Source: a virus
Virus record (IMG/VR): IMGVR_UViG_3300025736_000010
Coordinates: 48,897-112,896 of that record
Length of the DNA: 64,000 nt
Direction: 5' to 3' (one strand)
This document shows positions 25,856-37,926 of the stretch, one piece after another. Every line of letters starts with the position of its first letter. The first letter of the stretch is position 1. Under the pieces are notes generated by a model. That model did not search any database, was not told where the DNA came from, and was given only the letters and a program-made list of their open reading frames with translations. Made by a program: the position numbers and the translations under genes.

Positions 25856-27779
25856 TCGTGAATTAATAATGGAACTGAACAGCGAACAAACAAACCTCGC
25901 TAGAACTGGCGTCTCAATAGCTTCTGACGTTGCAACCATCACGGTAGTTGGTGATGAATTAAGCCCCTCCGCTCCGACAGGTCCTTCAGCAACCCAGATC
26001 CCACAAGGTATTAAGGTGACTTGGCAAAACCCATCTACAAACTCAGATGGTTCAGTGTGTTATGATATGCGCTGGACAAAACTGTATTATTCAGCAACAT
26101 CTCCTGTCACAACAAGCGATTCATCCTATACAGTCGCTGCACGCGCTGGAACTTCCTCTGCATTCTCTGATACTGTAGCCGTTGCAACCGCTCGCTACTA
26201 TATCATCACAGCTCTAGATAATTCTGGAAACGAGTCTACCGCAAGCAGTGAAGTCAATTCTACTGGCGGTCCTATTACTCCTACAACTGACATCCCCACA
26301 GATGCCAGTGGTCTGATCTTCGACGATACTGTAGGGACGGAAGGCGTGGTAGTTGGTGATGGAATCCTTGGAATTGCATTTCTAAATCCAGTTGACACTT
26401 GGGTAAACTTCGATCACTTTCGTCTATGGTATGCTGAAGATGATGGCGGCGGATTTGGCGCATGGGTTGAAATATCCCCAACCAACCGTATTGGCTATAT
26501 ACACAAAGGGCTTGACACAACTCATGATTACCGCTACAAAGCTACTGTTGTTTCTACTGACGGCGAAGAGAGCACAACTCCAGATAAGGCAAAATCTGAC
26601 GATTCTGGATATACGCCAAGCGGCTCTAACAATGATTTAATTGTAGCCGAGCTTGTGTTTGCAGAGAATATAGTTGCCGTAAACGAAGTCCGTGGAAACA
26701 ATTTCTACGCATCAAGTTACCTACATATCGGGGCTGACAGCTGGCAAGGTGACGGGATACAATCAGAATATAATTCAGGCGATCCTAGATTTTACGTAGG
26801 TAACGGCACTGCTGTTGCGGACGCCGCTGCTAGATTCTTTCAATTTGACGGAACCAACACAAGATGGAAAGGAGCGAACACAGAACTTGATGCCAGTGGA
26901 AACCTAATTGCTACTAGCGCGACGTTAACAGGTGTAATTACAGCGGACACAGGGTACATTGGCGGAACAAGCGGATGGGTTATAGCAGCAGGAAAACTCA
27001 CGTCAACTGATATTGGCATGGCAACTACGGAAGGCGACGCTACCTATGCGTTCTGGGCGGGGAATGATACTCCCGCTAGCGCGGAATTTAGCGTAACTCA
27101 TGCGGGCGCGTTAGTCGCTGGTGGATTTACAATAGACATTGATAATGGCCTCTATGCGGGCGCTGGGGCAACTAGGGTTCAAATGAAGCCTGGCGTTGGA
27201 TTCTGGGCTGGGGCGACGGCATTTGTAGACGCTCCATTCAGTGTAGATGAAGTTGGCAATATGGCCCTTGGAGTTACTATTTTTACATGGGATGTAGCCA
27301 CATCTACTGCCATTATGCAAGGAACGACGAAGACGGCTAATTCAGGAGAGCGCCTTGCAATCTTTGGGGCTGGCACCGATGCACACAACATGTTTGCATA
27401 CGATGCTGCTGGAATCCGCGCTTCAATCAACTCAGACGACATTCGTGTTTTCGGATCAGCTTGGGATGGAGACTCAGGAACCAAAGCAGCTGCAACGTTG
27501 AGCGTATTCCCATCGACGCCAGCGACTGTAGCACATATAGGTAACGACGAAGTGATTATAGACAACGACTTAATCGTAGGAAGGGCGACTGATCCATCGA
27601 CGGGAGATGCGCTACACGTAACAGGGACAGGTCTCTTCACGAGCACAGTAGTTGTTGGAGACCACGGAGAGAGTACGACTCCAAGCATTGTCAACGTGCT
27701 GTTTTACACGACTGGAAACATCCCAGATGCCGATACTACCCCCAGAGGTACATTTGCTGTACAGGTGCCAGCAGCGTGA
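25836..27779 (+). CDS. FN3-containing tail fibre/tip protein (start uncertain)
   Basis: PSAPTG...VTW...YYIITALDNSGNES FN3 motifs; F.V...G.L.A fibre repeats. Confidence 0.75.
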   Translation: MVILIPNRELIMELNSEQTNLARTGVSIASDVATITVVGDELSPSAPTGPSATQIPQGIKVTWQNPSTNSDGSVCYDMRWTKLYYSATSPVTTSDSSYTVAARAGTSSAFSDTVAVATARYYIITALDNSGNESTASSEVNSTGGPITPTTDIPTDASGLIFDDTVGTEGVVVGDGILGIAFLNPVDTWVNFDHFRLWYAEDDGGGFGAWVEISPTNRIGYIHKGLDTTHDYRYKATVVSTDGEESTTPDKAKSDDSGYTPSGSNNDLIVAELVFAENIVAVNEVRGNNFYASSYLHIGADSWQGDGIQSEYNSGDPRFYVGNGTAVADAAARFFQFDGTNTRWKGANTELDASGNLIATSATLTGVITADTGYIGGTSGWVIAAGKLTSTDIGMATTEGDATYAFWAGNDTPASAEFSVTHAGALVAGGFTIDIDNGLYAGAGATRVQMKPGVGFWAGATAFVDAPFSVDEVGNMALGVTIFTWDVATSTAIMQGTTKTANSGERLAIFGAGTDAHNMFAYDAAGIRASINSDDIRVFGSAWDGDSGTKAAATLSVFPSTPATVAHIGNDEVIIDNDLIVGRATDPSTGDALHVTGTGLFTSTVVVGDHGESTTPSIVNVLFYTTGNIPDADTTPRGTFAVQVPAA

Positions 27780-29830
27780 GTACCGAGGTAACATTCCACA
27801 GCACTACCAGTGATGGGTATATGTACTCTAAGACAGACTCCAATTTTAGTGTAGCGAGAGATGCTGGGACTGCCGACGGGATTGATGCAGTAACTGATCG
27901 TCTTGGAGTTGGTCTTGACTATCCGAATGCTGCTGGAGACAAATACCGTTTCTACAGAACGTATCTATACTTTGACACATCATCTATCCCCGATGGGGCA
28001 ACGATCATAGCCGCAGAGATTAAACTATATGCAATAGGAGAATACACTATAATCACACCTGGGTTTTCTCTTGTTCTTATGAAAGACACAGATGAAACAT
28101 ACCCTCACGATCCTCTTGTTGTGGGCGATTTTGACCGAGCGTTCTATATTGGCGGTGGCGCTTCTTCACAATCTATCTACACTGGGCAATCAGGCTATAA
28201 GACATTCACATTTAATGAGGTCGGAAAAGCACTCTGGGTAAACGATACAGGAACATCAAAGTTTGTTGTCATGTCATCGCTAGATATTGGGTACACAATC
28301 CCTACGACGAAAATGTTCACTACGCTCTACTCGAACGAAGAAGGAGATGGTTATTGGCCAGAACTAAAGCTGACATATGCAACTCAATGCACTGTGACAA
28401 CAGGGGCAGCAACAGTAATTCTGGCGAGCGGCGCTACAGGTAATGGGAACGTCACAGATGCTGGTAGCGAAACAGTCACAACACGCGGAGTAATCTGGAA
28501 TGATGATGGTACTGATCCTGTTGACTGGGACAGTAAGGACAATTTTGCGGCGGCGGTTGCTGGCGGAACAGGAGCATTCACAGCAGAGATAACTGGATGC
28601 GATGCAGAGACATCGTACTACTACAGGGCGTATGCAACGTCGTGGGCAGAGGATGTCGGCCCGAATGGTACATCTGTTGGCGCAGCAGTCCAGTTCACAA
28701 CTACGGCTGACTCAACTATCCTCACGGTAACAACGCAGGCAGCAACAGACGTTGCTATTACAACCGTGACTGCCAATGGAACAATTATTGAGGATGCAGC
28801 TCACGATGTAACTGCATACGGATTTGTCTACAAACTTAGCGGCGATCCTGGGGTGCCAGCTGATCCAACAACCGCAGATAACTACACAGATGAAGGCGCT
28901 GAATCATCGCCAGCAGAAGGTGCATTTACGTCTGTTAATGACCCAATAACTGGCCTTACTTCGGCATCAACATATTTCATCCGTGCTTATGCTACTACAT
29001 CTGAAGATGGGACTGCCTATGGAGCATTAGACGTATTCTACACGGGAACTGAAACAACGGCGACTCTTTACTCATCCACAAGCGATGGCTACATTCATTG
29101 CAAGGGATCGTATCACACCAATTGGTCTACAACTTGGAATATGGCGCACGATAGCGATGGAAGTGCTGGGGGTTCTTATACTTCTGTAGACCAGGATGTA
29201 ACCGGGGATGATATCTATGCTTACGTTAATGCTGGTACTAACGCATACAACATATATCGCGGGTATCTGTTCTTCGATACAAGCGGCATCCCAGCCGGAG
29301 TTACTGTTATTTCTGCTACTCTATCTCTTTATATTAAAGGGAAGTACAAGGCAGACAGGGATTCGTCACTCGTCATTCAAAAGGGGGCAACAGGCTATCC
29401 GCACGACCCGTTGGAAAACACTGACTACGATTATACAGAATACTCAGGCAGTTACGGATCATTAGCGTATGACGACGCAACAATATCCCAATACAACGAC
29501 ATAGTGCTTGATACGGGCATCATTGTTGCTGGAGGAGACACCAATCTATGCGTGCGCGAGGGGGAATATGATGTTGCCGATAGTGCATCGGGACTTGGAT
29601 CTGATGATTACGCAGGTTTCATATTCTATGCGGCTGAAAAACTGACTACGTATAGACCAAAGCTGGTTGTGGTCTACTCAGTAGCACAAGAACCATCATT
29701 CCCATTGGTTAACATTGGCGATGCGTGGGTAGCACCTCTTAACATATTAGTTAACATTGGCGATGAATGGATTTCATATCTAGATCTTGACGTGAACATT
29801 GGAGACGCTTGGGTTGCGCCGGTTGAATAA
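27776..29830 (+). CDS. Tail-associated protein with duplicated domains
   Basis: Two STxSDGY...R.YL.FDTS.IP.G.T.I.A domains, two YY.RAYAT FN3-like units, C-terminal VNIGD(A/E)W x3. Confidence 0.7.
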   Translation: MSTEVTFHSTTSDGYMYSKTDSNFSVARDAGTADGIDAVTDRLGVGLDYPNAAGDKYRFYRTYLYFDTSSIPDGATIIAAEIKLYAIGEYTIITPGFSLVLMKDTDETYPHDPLVVGDFDRAFYIGGGASSQSIYTGQSGYKTFTFNEVGKALWVNDTGTSKFVVMSSLDIGYTIPTTKMFTTLYSNEEGDGYWPELKLTYATQCTVTTGAATVILASGATGNGNVTDAGSETVTTRGVIWNDDGTDPVDWDSKDNFAAAVAGGTGAFTAEITGCDAETSYYYRAYATSWAEDVGPNGTSVGAAVQFTTTADSTILTVTTQAATDVAITTVTANGTIIEDAAHDVTAYGFVYKLSGDPGVPADPTTADNYTDEGAESSPAEGAFTSVNDPITGLTSASTYFIRAYATTSEDGTAYGALDVFYTGTETTATLYSSTSDGYIHCKGSYHTNWSTTWNMAHDSDGSAGGSYTSVDQDVTGDDIYAYVNAGTNAYNIYRGYLFFDTSGIPAGVTVISATLSLYIKGKYKADRDSSLVIQKGATGYPHDPLENTDYDYTEYSGSYGSLAYDDATISQYNDIVLDTGIIVAGGDTNLCVREGEYDVADSASGLGSDDYAGFIFYAAEKLTTYRPKLVVVYSVAQEPSFPLVNIGDAWVAPLNILVNIGDEWISYLDLDVNIGDAWVAPVE

Positions 29831-29850
29831 TATAGTTTCAGTGCAATCAC

Positions 29851-29879
29851 TTGACATTTGATACAAAATATGGTATAAT
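29851..29879 (+). promoter_or_regulatory. Sigma70 promoter
   Basis: TTGACA-17 nt-TATAAT with TG extension. Confidence 0.85.
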
Positions 29880-29934
29880 AGAGCATGGTTCAAGGAGAAG
29901 ACTTGGAAAGGAATAAAACAGGAGGAAGATAGTT

Positions 29935-31848
<1,914 letters not shown>

Positions 31849-31898
31849 GGATTGGCGGTGTATCAAACGTAAGCTAAATAATAAATAGGGAGATACTT

Positions 31899-32801
31899 AT
31901 GGTAATTGAAACTACAAAGATTAGCGTTTATTCTATTTGTCGAAATGAGGAAGCAAGTTGCAGAGTAGCATGGGAATCAGTAAAGGACGCTGACGAGCTT
32001 GTAGTAGTGATTGATAGCCGCACATCTGATAATACAGAGGAAATTGCGCGAGAATTTACCGATAAAATTTATCATTTTGATTGGTCCGAAAGTTTCTCAG
32101 AAATGAAAAACTTCGCTGCATCTATGTGTTCGCATAATTGGGTATTCCACCTCGGAGGAGCTAAGACACTAGAAGAAGGTGGGATAGAAAAGATGAGGTC
32201 TATCATACATGAGCACGGTGACGCACATGATTCCTTTCTAGTCAAACTTGTATCAAAGACAGTTTCAGAACATTCCCATTATCTACCGCATCTTTATCGA
32301 AAGGATAATGTAGAGTACAGCGGCGCAATCCACGAGGTGATTACTGATACAGGATTCTACGCTGGCGATGTGGTAATTACATGGGGACAAAATCCGAACC
32401 ATAAAGCAGATCCTGACAGGAACATGCGTATCCTAAAAAAAGAGGTTGCTAAAATTACGAATGGTGCTAGGTGGAAATTCTATTTAGCCAGGGAGTACTA
32501 TTACAGGAATGATTGGGAAAAGTCATTTAATTTGTTTAGCGAGTATATCAAGATTTCAAAGTTTAAAGCGGAGAAAGGAGACGCATACCTGCTTGCTTCT
32601 AAGTGTTTGTTTCAGTTGGGGAGGGGCAATGAAGCAAGAGAGCATTGCCTGCGCTCGATAGAGATAAACCCTGACCATGAGGAGGCCCTTCGCTTTATGG
32701 CAGACTTGCACTATGAACCATGGAAAAGAAAATGGCTTCAATTCGCTGATATGGCTGAAAATAATGGCGTACTTTTCGTCGTTAAAAGAGCGAACTTGTG
32801 A
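31899..32801 (+). CDS. GT2-family glycosyltransferase with TPR domain
   Basis: ISVYSICRNEE, D..TSDNT, W..SFS..KN, IHE; FYLAREYY TPR. Confidence 0.85.
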   Translation: MVIETTKISVYSICRNEEASCRVAWESVKDADELVVVIDSRTSDNTEEIAREFTDKIYHFDWSESFSEMKNFAASMCSHNWVFHLGGAKTLEEGGIEKMRSIIHEHGDAHDSFLVKLVSKTVSEHSHYLPHLYRKDNVEYSGAIHEVITDTGFYAGDVVITWGQNPNHKADPDRNMRILKKEVAKITNGARWKFYLAREYYYRNDWEKSFNLFSEYIKISKFKAEKGDAYLLASKCLFQLGRGNEAREHCLRSIEINPDHEEALRFMADLHYEPWKRKWLQFADMAENNGVLFVVKRANL

Positions 32802-32827
32802 AAAGTGTAAAATATGGAAACGCCGCC

Positions 32828-32856
32828 TTGACAGAAAATTATCTATGTAGTATAAT
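32828..32856 (+). promoter_or_regulatory. Sigma70 promoter
   Basis: TTGACA-17 nt-TATAAT. Confidence 0.85.
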
Positions 32857-32878
32857 ATAACTAATTGGAGGCAACAAA

Positions 32879-33325
32879 TTGCAGTCTAATATAGAACTTC
32901 TAGAGGAATTAACGAAGAACCTACCGATATTAGATCCTTTAATGTTTGCTGGAATAAGCAATTCTACAGTGTCTTATGCCGTTGAGTGCGGAGAAGGAAC
33001 CGCTAAAAACCTCATGAACATTGACGGAATTGCAGTAGCCAATTGTATCTTTTCGCCAGACACCGTGTTGCCGAGACACAATCACGAAGAAAAGGAGTGG
33101 TTTTTAGTCTATTCTGGAACGCTTGATGTTGCCATAGATGGACTAGCCACAGAAGACATCGGGAGATTGATGGGCAACGGGAGCAATTTTATGCTAAAAG
33201 CAGGCGATTTTATCTTTGTTCCTCCGAGAATACCGCATGTTGTGTCTTCGACCAATGGCGCTAAATTTATTGCGATCACTATCCCAAGTTCTCCTGCATT
33301 TCCGGGTGACGATGCCAGAGAATAA
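32879..33325 (+). CDS. Cupin domain protein
   Basis: HNHEEKEW..V.SG and GDFIFVPP..PH. Confidence 0.85.
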   Translation: MQSNIELLEELTKNLPILDPLMFAGISNSTVSYAVECGEGTAKNLMNIDGIAVANCIFSPDTVLPRHNHEEKEWFLVYSGTLDVAIDGLATEDIGRLMGNGSNFMLKAGDFIFVPPRIPHVVSSTNGAKFIAITIPSSPAFPGDDARE

Positions 33326-33617
33326 CGGAGATGGGTGGGCGAATTGGGCCAATCATGTATTAGCCGAGCTAAAGAGGAACGCCGACGGAAATCAACGCAT
33401 AGAAGATAAGCTAGACACAATGAACGAACAATTGACTCGCCATGAAGTGTACATCGAGGAAGCAAAAGACAAGGATATCATTGGCAAGGTTGTAAATAAC
33501 ACAAAGTTTGTCACCAACGTTAATAAACTCGTGTGGAAACTTGTCGGAACCGCTCTTGTATCCGCCGGAGGAATAACTGGACTTGTGAACTATCTGTCTG
33601 GTGCCTTTACCAAATAA
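33312..33617 (+). CDS. Holin/XhlA-like coiled-coil membrane protein
   Basis: RIEDKLD coiled coil plus C-terminal hydrophobic helix; after tail genes. Confidence 0.5.
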   Translation: MPENNGDGWANWANHVLAELKRNADGNQRIEDKLDTMNEQLTRHEVYIEEAKDKDIIGKVVNNTKFVTNVNKLVWKLVGTALVSAGGITGLVNYLSGAFTK

Positions 33618-33625
33618 AACTCGCC

Positions 33626-33717
33626 TTGCAATCATCTTCCTAATAGTGTATAATCATATCAATAAGGGAGGACATCAAACCAAAAGACTTGACAAACTGG
33701 TAGATTTGTGGTATACT
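33626..33717 (+). promoter_or_regulatory. Two tandem promoters
   Basis: TTGCAA-17-TATAAT (33626-33654) and TTGACA-17-TATACT (33689-33717). Confidence 0.7.
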
Positions 33718-33742
33718 TGGTTAAATTATTGAGGAGGCTTAT

Positions 33743-34369
33743 ATGAAGAAGATTAAGATTGGGCTGCTAGTGGGAGTTTTAGTGGCCATGTGTATTGGGT
33801 TGGCGTCGTGTATGTTGCCCGGAGAGTTGGTAGGAGGCGCTGTGCCAGTGGCCAGCTTTGATGTAACAATTGACGACCTTGCGGTGACGTTTGACGGCAG
33901 CAATTCCTATGATGTTTATGGTGGAGCTATTTCGTATGATTGGTATTTTGGTGACGGAGCAATTAGCGCTCGTAAGAAGCCGCGACATACGTATGCGAAT
34001 TACGGTACATATAGCGTGTTGTTGATTGTCACCAACGAAAGTGGGGATACTGGACGGGCTGAAAGAGAGATAACTATCACAGGCGAGCTTGACTTTGATC
34101 CGGTCGTTTTGTTTTCATACATTCCGGCTAAAATTCAGACTGATTCAATCGTAATATTTAATGGCAGCGAATCACACGCGATTGGCACGAAAATCTATTG
34201 GTGTAGATGGGATTTTGGTGATGGAGAAACAACCGGAAAGGAAAGTTGGGAGAAGGCAAAAACAGTTTGGCATACATATCAAGACGCCGGAATTTATACG
34301 GTATTCCTAACAGTATGGGATGGCAATGGAAAAGTTAAGTCTACGTGGCATAGTATAACTGTCAAATAG
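33743..34369 (+). CDS. Lipoprotein with two PKD domains
   Basis: LASC lipobox; W.FGDG...HTY...G.Y.V.L.V x2. Confidence 0.9.
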   Translation: MKKIKIGLLVGVLVAMCIGLASCMLPGELVGGAVPVASFDVTIDDLAVTFDGSNSYDVYGGAISYDWYFGDGAISARKKPRHTYANYGTYSVLLIVTNESGDTGRAEREITITGELDFDPVVLFSYIPAKIQTDSIVIFNGSESHAIGTKIYWCRWDFGDGETTGKESWEKAKTVWHTYQDAGIYTVFLTVWDGNGKVKSTWHSITVK

Positions 34370-34370
34370 G

Positions 34371-34399
34371 TTGACTTTTTGACGAAACTATGGTATAAT
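34371..34399 (+). promoter_or_regulatory. Sigma70 promoter
   Basis: TTGACT-17 nt-TATAAT with TG extension. Confidence 0.8.
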
Positions 34400-34420
34400 A
34401 TTAATCAGTAATGGAGGTAC

Positions 34421-34696
34421 ATGATGGAAGAAAAGAAAGGAGGGGCATTTTTCGAGTGGCTGAAGGCGCGAGGGGCTGGTTTTCTAGTTTGGATTCTCCG
34501 CACAGCTATTTGGCGAATCTTAGTTAAGATTCTAGAAAAGGCCAATTCGGCTGATATTGCAGACAAGGTTCGTCCTTACCTGCGAAGTTTGTATAAGAAA
34601 CTTGGTCCAGACGCACAGGTTGCGATTACTGAGGCTATTAGGAAGATGGCGGCATTTGCCGAGGAACTATTAGAAAATGAAGAAGTAGGAAATTAA
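34421..34696 (+). CDS. Amphipathic helical protein
   Basis: GGAGG RBS; hydrophobic segment. Confidence 0.55.
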   Translation: MMEEKKGGAFFEWLKARGAGFLVWILRTAIWRILVKILEKANSADIADKVRPYLRSLYKKLGPDAQVAITEAIRKMAAFAEELLENEEVGN

Positions 34697-34712
34697 ATCT
34701 AGGAGGTTTATA

Positions 34713-35183
34713 ATGAAGAAGTTTTTGATTGCACTTATTACGCTTGTCGCTTTGAGTACGGCTGTTTTTGCTGGCGGTCCATTGCTTGGTGTTGCTATTA
34801 CCCCAATCAACGGTCAAAATAGTATGCTTACATTTGGGTATGACTTCGGTGACGTGAATCTTGAAATTCAGAAGGATGACTTGTCGACTCCATTTCTTCT
34901 TTGGAATTCCGCAGTTATGTGGACCCCGCGACTTCCAGACGGTTTTGGCTATAGGGCCGGGGCAAAGTTAACAATGAATTATGCACAGATAAGAAACACC
35001 AATACCGGCAGACTGCAATATAATCAGTTTTCATTTGCACTTGGTGTTTCTAAAACATGGGGGCCTCTACAACTTTATGGCGATCTAAATCTTTCACCAA
35101 GAGGAGCTGGCAATCTTATCGTTCTTCCTGTTATCGGAGTTAACTTTCTGTTCGGGGATCTGATCCCAGACGTAAGTATCTAG
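34713..35183 (+). CDS. Secreted beta-strand-rich protein (outer-membrane barrel-like)
   Basis: Signal peptide ending VFA; alternating hydrophobic strands. Confidence 0.6.
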   Translation: MKKFLIALITLVALSTAVFAGGPLLGVAITPINGQNSMLTFGYDFGDVNLEIQKDDLSTPFLLWNSAVMWTPRLPDGFGYRAGAKLTMNYAQIRNTNTGRLQYNQFSFALGVSKTWGPLQLYGDLNLSPRGAGNLIVLPVIGVNFLFGDLIPDVSI

Positions 35184-35242
35184 CATTACAAAAGCGTGGC
35201 GGAATAAACGCCGCCACGCACATCTTATAAAAGGGAGAAAAC

Positions 35243-36028
35243 ATGAAACGAATTCTAACACTAATTCTTCTTCTATCTCTATCACTTATGTATGGGTGTT
35301 TTGAGGCGCCTAGTGTGGTAGTAATCGAAGTAGTTTTGATTTCGCCAGAAGGCACTATAAACGCACCGCTGCTTAACGGCCAGCCGTTTGGGTATAATAC
35401 GCCACAGCCTGGGAATGCGCTGCTTGTTAGTTTTGCGTCTTACGTTGACCAATACGGTGCAAGCACTGGGCTATCCGACGACGAGAAATATACTGTAAAG
35501 AACGCTACATTCAGGATGCCATCTAAGTGTGAGAACGACACAGTATTTTGGACAGTAGACTTGCCGAGGAATCAGTTTAGGGTTGTGCCAGGTTGGACAG
35601 GAACTATTAACCCGTATAATGGATTTGAATGGGCACCGTTCATTGGATGGGAACCTTACAAGTTTGATTGCAAAATGGAATATGGATCACAACTTCCTTA
35701 TGGTATGCCAGAAGGTGACGCCGAGATGTTTGTTGAGGCAGAGGCCAACAAAATTGACGTTGAGTTTGCTGCCGACCCCACGTTCGGAACCAGATACCCT
35801 GGAGGGTATTACAAACTTGACGTGTCGTACTCAGACAAGATCAATACACACAGATTTGTTGCAGAAATAGAAGAGCCTGGAGTTTACGATGTTAATTACT
35901 ATGATGTTGGTGGAAAACTGGTTGGTTCGTGGCGATACACAGTCCCGGCGACTTGGTTTACGATCGACGAGTTGTTCTATGTTCATGTTGGTGGAAATGG
36001 GCAGTGTGCGTTATCGGGAGAAAAATGA
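35243..36028 (+). CDS. Putative lipoprotein
   Basis: MKRILTLILLLSLSLMYGC signal. Confidence 0.65.
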   Translation: MKRILTLILLLSLSLMYGCFEAPSVVVIEVVLISPEGTINAPLLNGQPFGYNTPQPGNALLVSFASYVDQYGASTGLSDDEKYTVKNATFRMPSKCENDTVFWTVDLPRNQFRVVPGWTGTINPYNGFEWAPFIGWEPYKFDCKMEYGSQLPYGMPEGDAEMFVEAEANKIDVEFAADPTFGTRYPGGYYKLDVSYSDKINTHRFVAEIEEPGVYDVNYYDVGGKLVGSWRYTVPATWFTIDELFYVHVGGNGQCALSGEK

Positions 36029-36537
36029 ACACAATACGAAGAATAGGGGCTTGGCTGAGGAAGTGGCTTACTCTTAAAAACACTGTAGTTGTGCCAGAAC
36101 CGCCGACTCCAATTAATGACAACGGAGTTTACATCACAGCTAAACAGGCTAACGATATCATTGTTGCTGCATTGGGAAAGCGGTTGGCATCACGCTCGCA
36201 CATTCATTTAGCTGACGCGGAATATTACTGTCCGTCAAAGGAATACGTTGAACACCTAGTTGAGCAAGACAACACAGACTCGAATATATACGCTGCTGAG
36301 CGTTTTGACTGCGATGATTTTTCGTTCACACTAAAGGCTAGTTTTTGTATAGATGCGTATAGGAATGGAGTTCGCCGGTCTGCACATGCAGCAGGTATTG
36401 TGTGGGGAAAGATACCACATCCGCACGCTATGAACTGGGTTATCACTGACGATCTGAAGTTGAGATTGATTGAACCGCAAACCGACGCATGGAAAGAATG
36501 GGGAGATAAGTTCTCTATATGGTTGATGGCCGCTTAA
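36025..36537 (+). CDS. Papain/transglutaminase-like putative cysteine protease
   Basis: FDCDDFS...GIVWG...HAMNW...IEPQTD (Cys-His-Glu/Asn arrangement). Confidence 0.65.
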   Translation: MNTIRRIGAWLRKWLTLKNTVVVPEPPTPINDNGVYITAKQANDIIVAALGKRLASRSHIHLADAEYYCPSKEYVEHLVEQDNTDSNIYAAERFDCDDFSFTLKASFCIDAYRNGVRRSAHAAGIVWGKIPHPHAMNWVITDDLKLRLIEPQTDAWKEWGDKFSIWLMAA

Positions 36538-36548
36538 TTGGAGGGAGA

Positions 36549-37190
36549 ATGACAGATAACTTACGAATTTGGAATAACGTAAAACAGCCACCGGCAGAAA
36601 TGTTGAAGCCGATTCCGGCAGGTCGATTGAAGGGATTTACTGATATTGATCCGACATGGCGATTGATGGAACTTACTAAACAGTTTGGGATGTGCGGAAT
36701 TGGATGGAAGTATACTATTGAAAATAAGTGGCTAGAGGAAGCCGCATTTGATGAGGTAATCGCGTTTGTTGACATTTTTCTGTATGTTAAAGGCGACGAT
36801 GGTTGGTCGGATGCAATCCCGGGACACGGAAGTTCAAAATTTACAGTGAAGGAAAGGAACGGACTATATAACAACGATGAAGCATATAAAATGGCATTAA
36901 CGGATAGCTTCTCGGTTGCGTGCAAGGCGCTTGGTTTCGGCGCTGACATTTATCTTGGACGCTGGGACGGTGCTAATTACGCTAATTATACTGTTGATGA
37001 GTCCAAGGTAGACGAGTGGCTCTCTGAGTGTGAGGCCGCTAGCAATTCCAGTGCAGATGTTTTTGCTGAGTGGTGGACAGGAAATAGGGATCAAATCAAG
37101 AACGAATGCGGAGACGCCGGAGCTGTAGAAGTCTACAATCTATTTACCGCATATCATGAAAGGCTAAAGAAAGAAGCGTCTGGTAGCTAA
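36549..37190 (+). CDS. Rad52/Sak-like single-strand annealing protein
   Basis: FG.CGIGW...DEAYKMALTD....ACKALGFGADIY; adjacent to exonuclease. Confidence 0.75.
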   Translation: MTDNLRIWNNVKQPPAEMLKPIPAGRLKGFTDIDPTWRLMELTKQFGMCGIGWKYTIENKWLEEAAFDEVIAFVDIFLYVKGDDGWSDAIPGHGSSKFTVKERNGLYNNDEAYKMALTDSFSVACKALGFGADIYLGRWDGANYANYTVDESKVDEWLSECEAASNSSADVFAEWWTGNRDQIKNECGDAGAVEVYNLFTAYHERLKKEASGS

Positions 37191-37192
37191 CA

Positions 37193-37795
37193 ATGCGTAT
37201 AATTGACTGCGAACAGCGGACAGACGAGTGGTATAAGGCGCGTTTGGGAATCCCCAGCGCGTCCAATTACGGGAAAATCGTTGACGGGAGCGGTAAGCCG
37301 TCTAAGTCTCAGAAGGACTATCTTAATAGACTAGCTGCTGAGAGGATAACCGGTGTGCGCGAAGAGACACATACATCGGCTGCTATGCAGACAGGTATTG
37401 ATAGAGAAGATCTATCTCGCGGTGTGTACGCCATGACATATGAGGTCACGGTTGAGGAGGTTGGGTTCTGCCTTAGTGATTCAGGCAGATACGGCGCATC
37501 CCCAGATGGATTTGTGGGCGAGAATGGACTAGTCGAACTAAAGAATCCTTTGGCAAAAACCGCTGTTGGGTATCTTCGCAGTGGGAAACTTCCGTCTATC
37601 TATTTCCAACAAGTTGAAGGACAACTTCTCGTTACAAAGCGCGAGTGGTGCGATTTTGTGACGTACTATCCCGGTCTTCCGCTATTTGTTGTTCGTGTTG
37701 AACGAGACGAAGAGTTTTTGGCTCGTTTGGAAGATGAGCTTAATGTGTTCTGCGACAAACTAGATAAAGTTTGTAAGGAGTTAGGTGAGGAATGA
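37193..37795 (+). CDS. YqaJ/lambda-type exonuclease
   Basis: EQRTDEW...R.G..SAS; GASPDG; ELKNP. Confidence 0.9.
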   Translation: MRIIDCEQRTDEWYKARLGIPSASNYGKIVDGSGKPSKSQKDYLNRLAAERITGVREETHTSAAMQTGIDREDLSRGVYAMTYEVTVEEVGFCLSDSGRYGASPDGFVGENGLVELKNPLAKTAVGYLRSGKLPSIYFQQVEGQLLVTKREWCDFVTYYPGLPLFVVRVERDEEFLARLEDELNVFCDKLDKVCKELGEE

Positions 37796-37806
37796 ACTTT
37801 TCTCGC

Positions 37807-37835
37807 TTGACAAAACGTTAGAAATAGTGTATAAT
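37807..37835 (+). promoter_or_regulatory. Sigma70 promoter
   Basis: TTGACAAAAC...AATAGTG TATAAT. Confidence 0.85.
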
Positions 37836-37841
37836 ATAAAC

Positions 37842-37920
37842 GTTGGCGGCAAGGGCATCAGGCAGCATTGCCTATCCTACGGGTTGCCCGGTCGTCAACA
37901 AATAAACTTGCCGTAGGAGG
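37842..37920 (+). ncRNA. Structured pseudoknot leader RNA, copy 1
   Basis: Three stems plus loop pairing to the RBS; same topology as 53857-53933. Confidence 0.6.
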
Positions 37921-37926
37921 TCGAGA

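Noticed and set aside
24360-25900. Group I intron around the HNH
   Set aside because: Only an isolated AGACTA; no matching P7 partner or conserved core found
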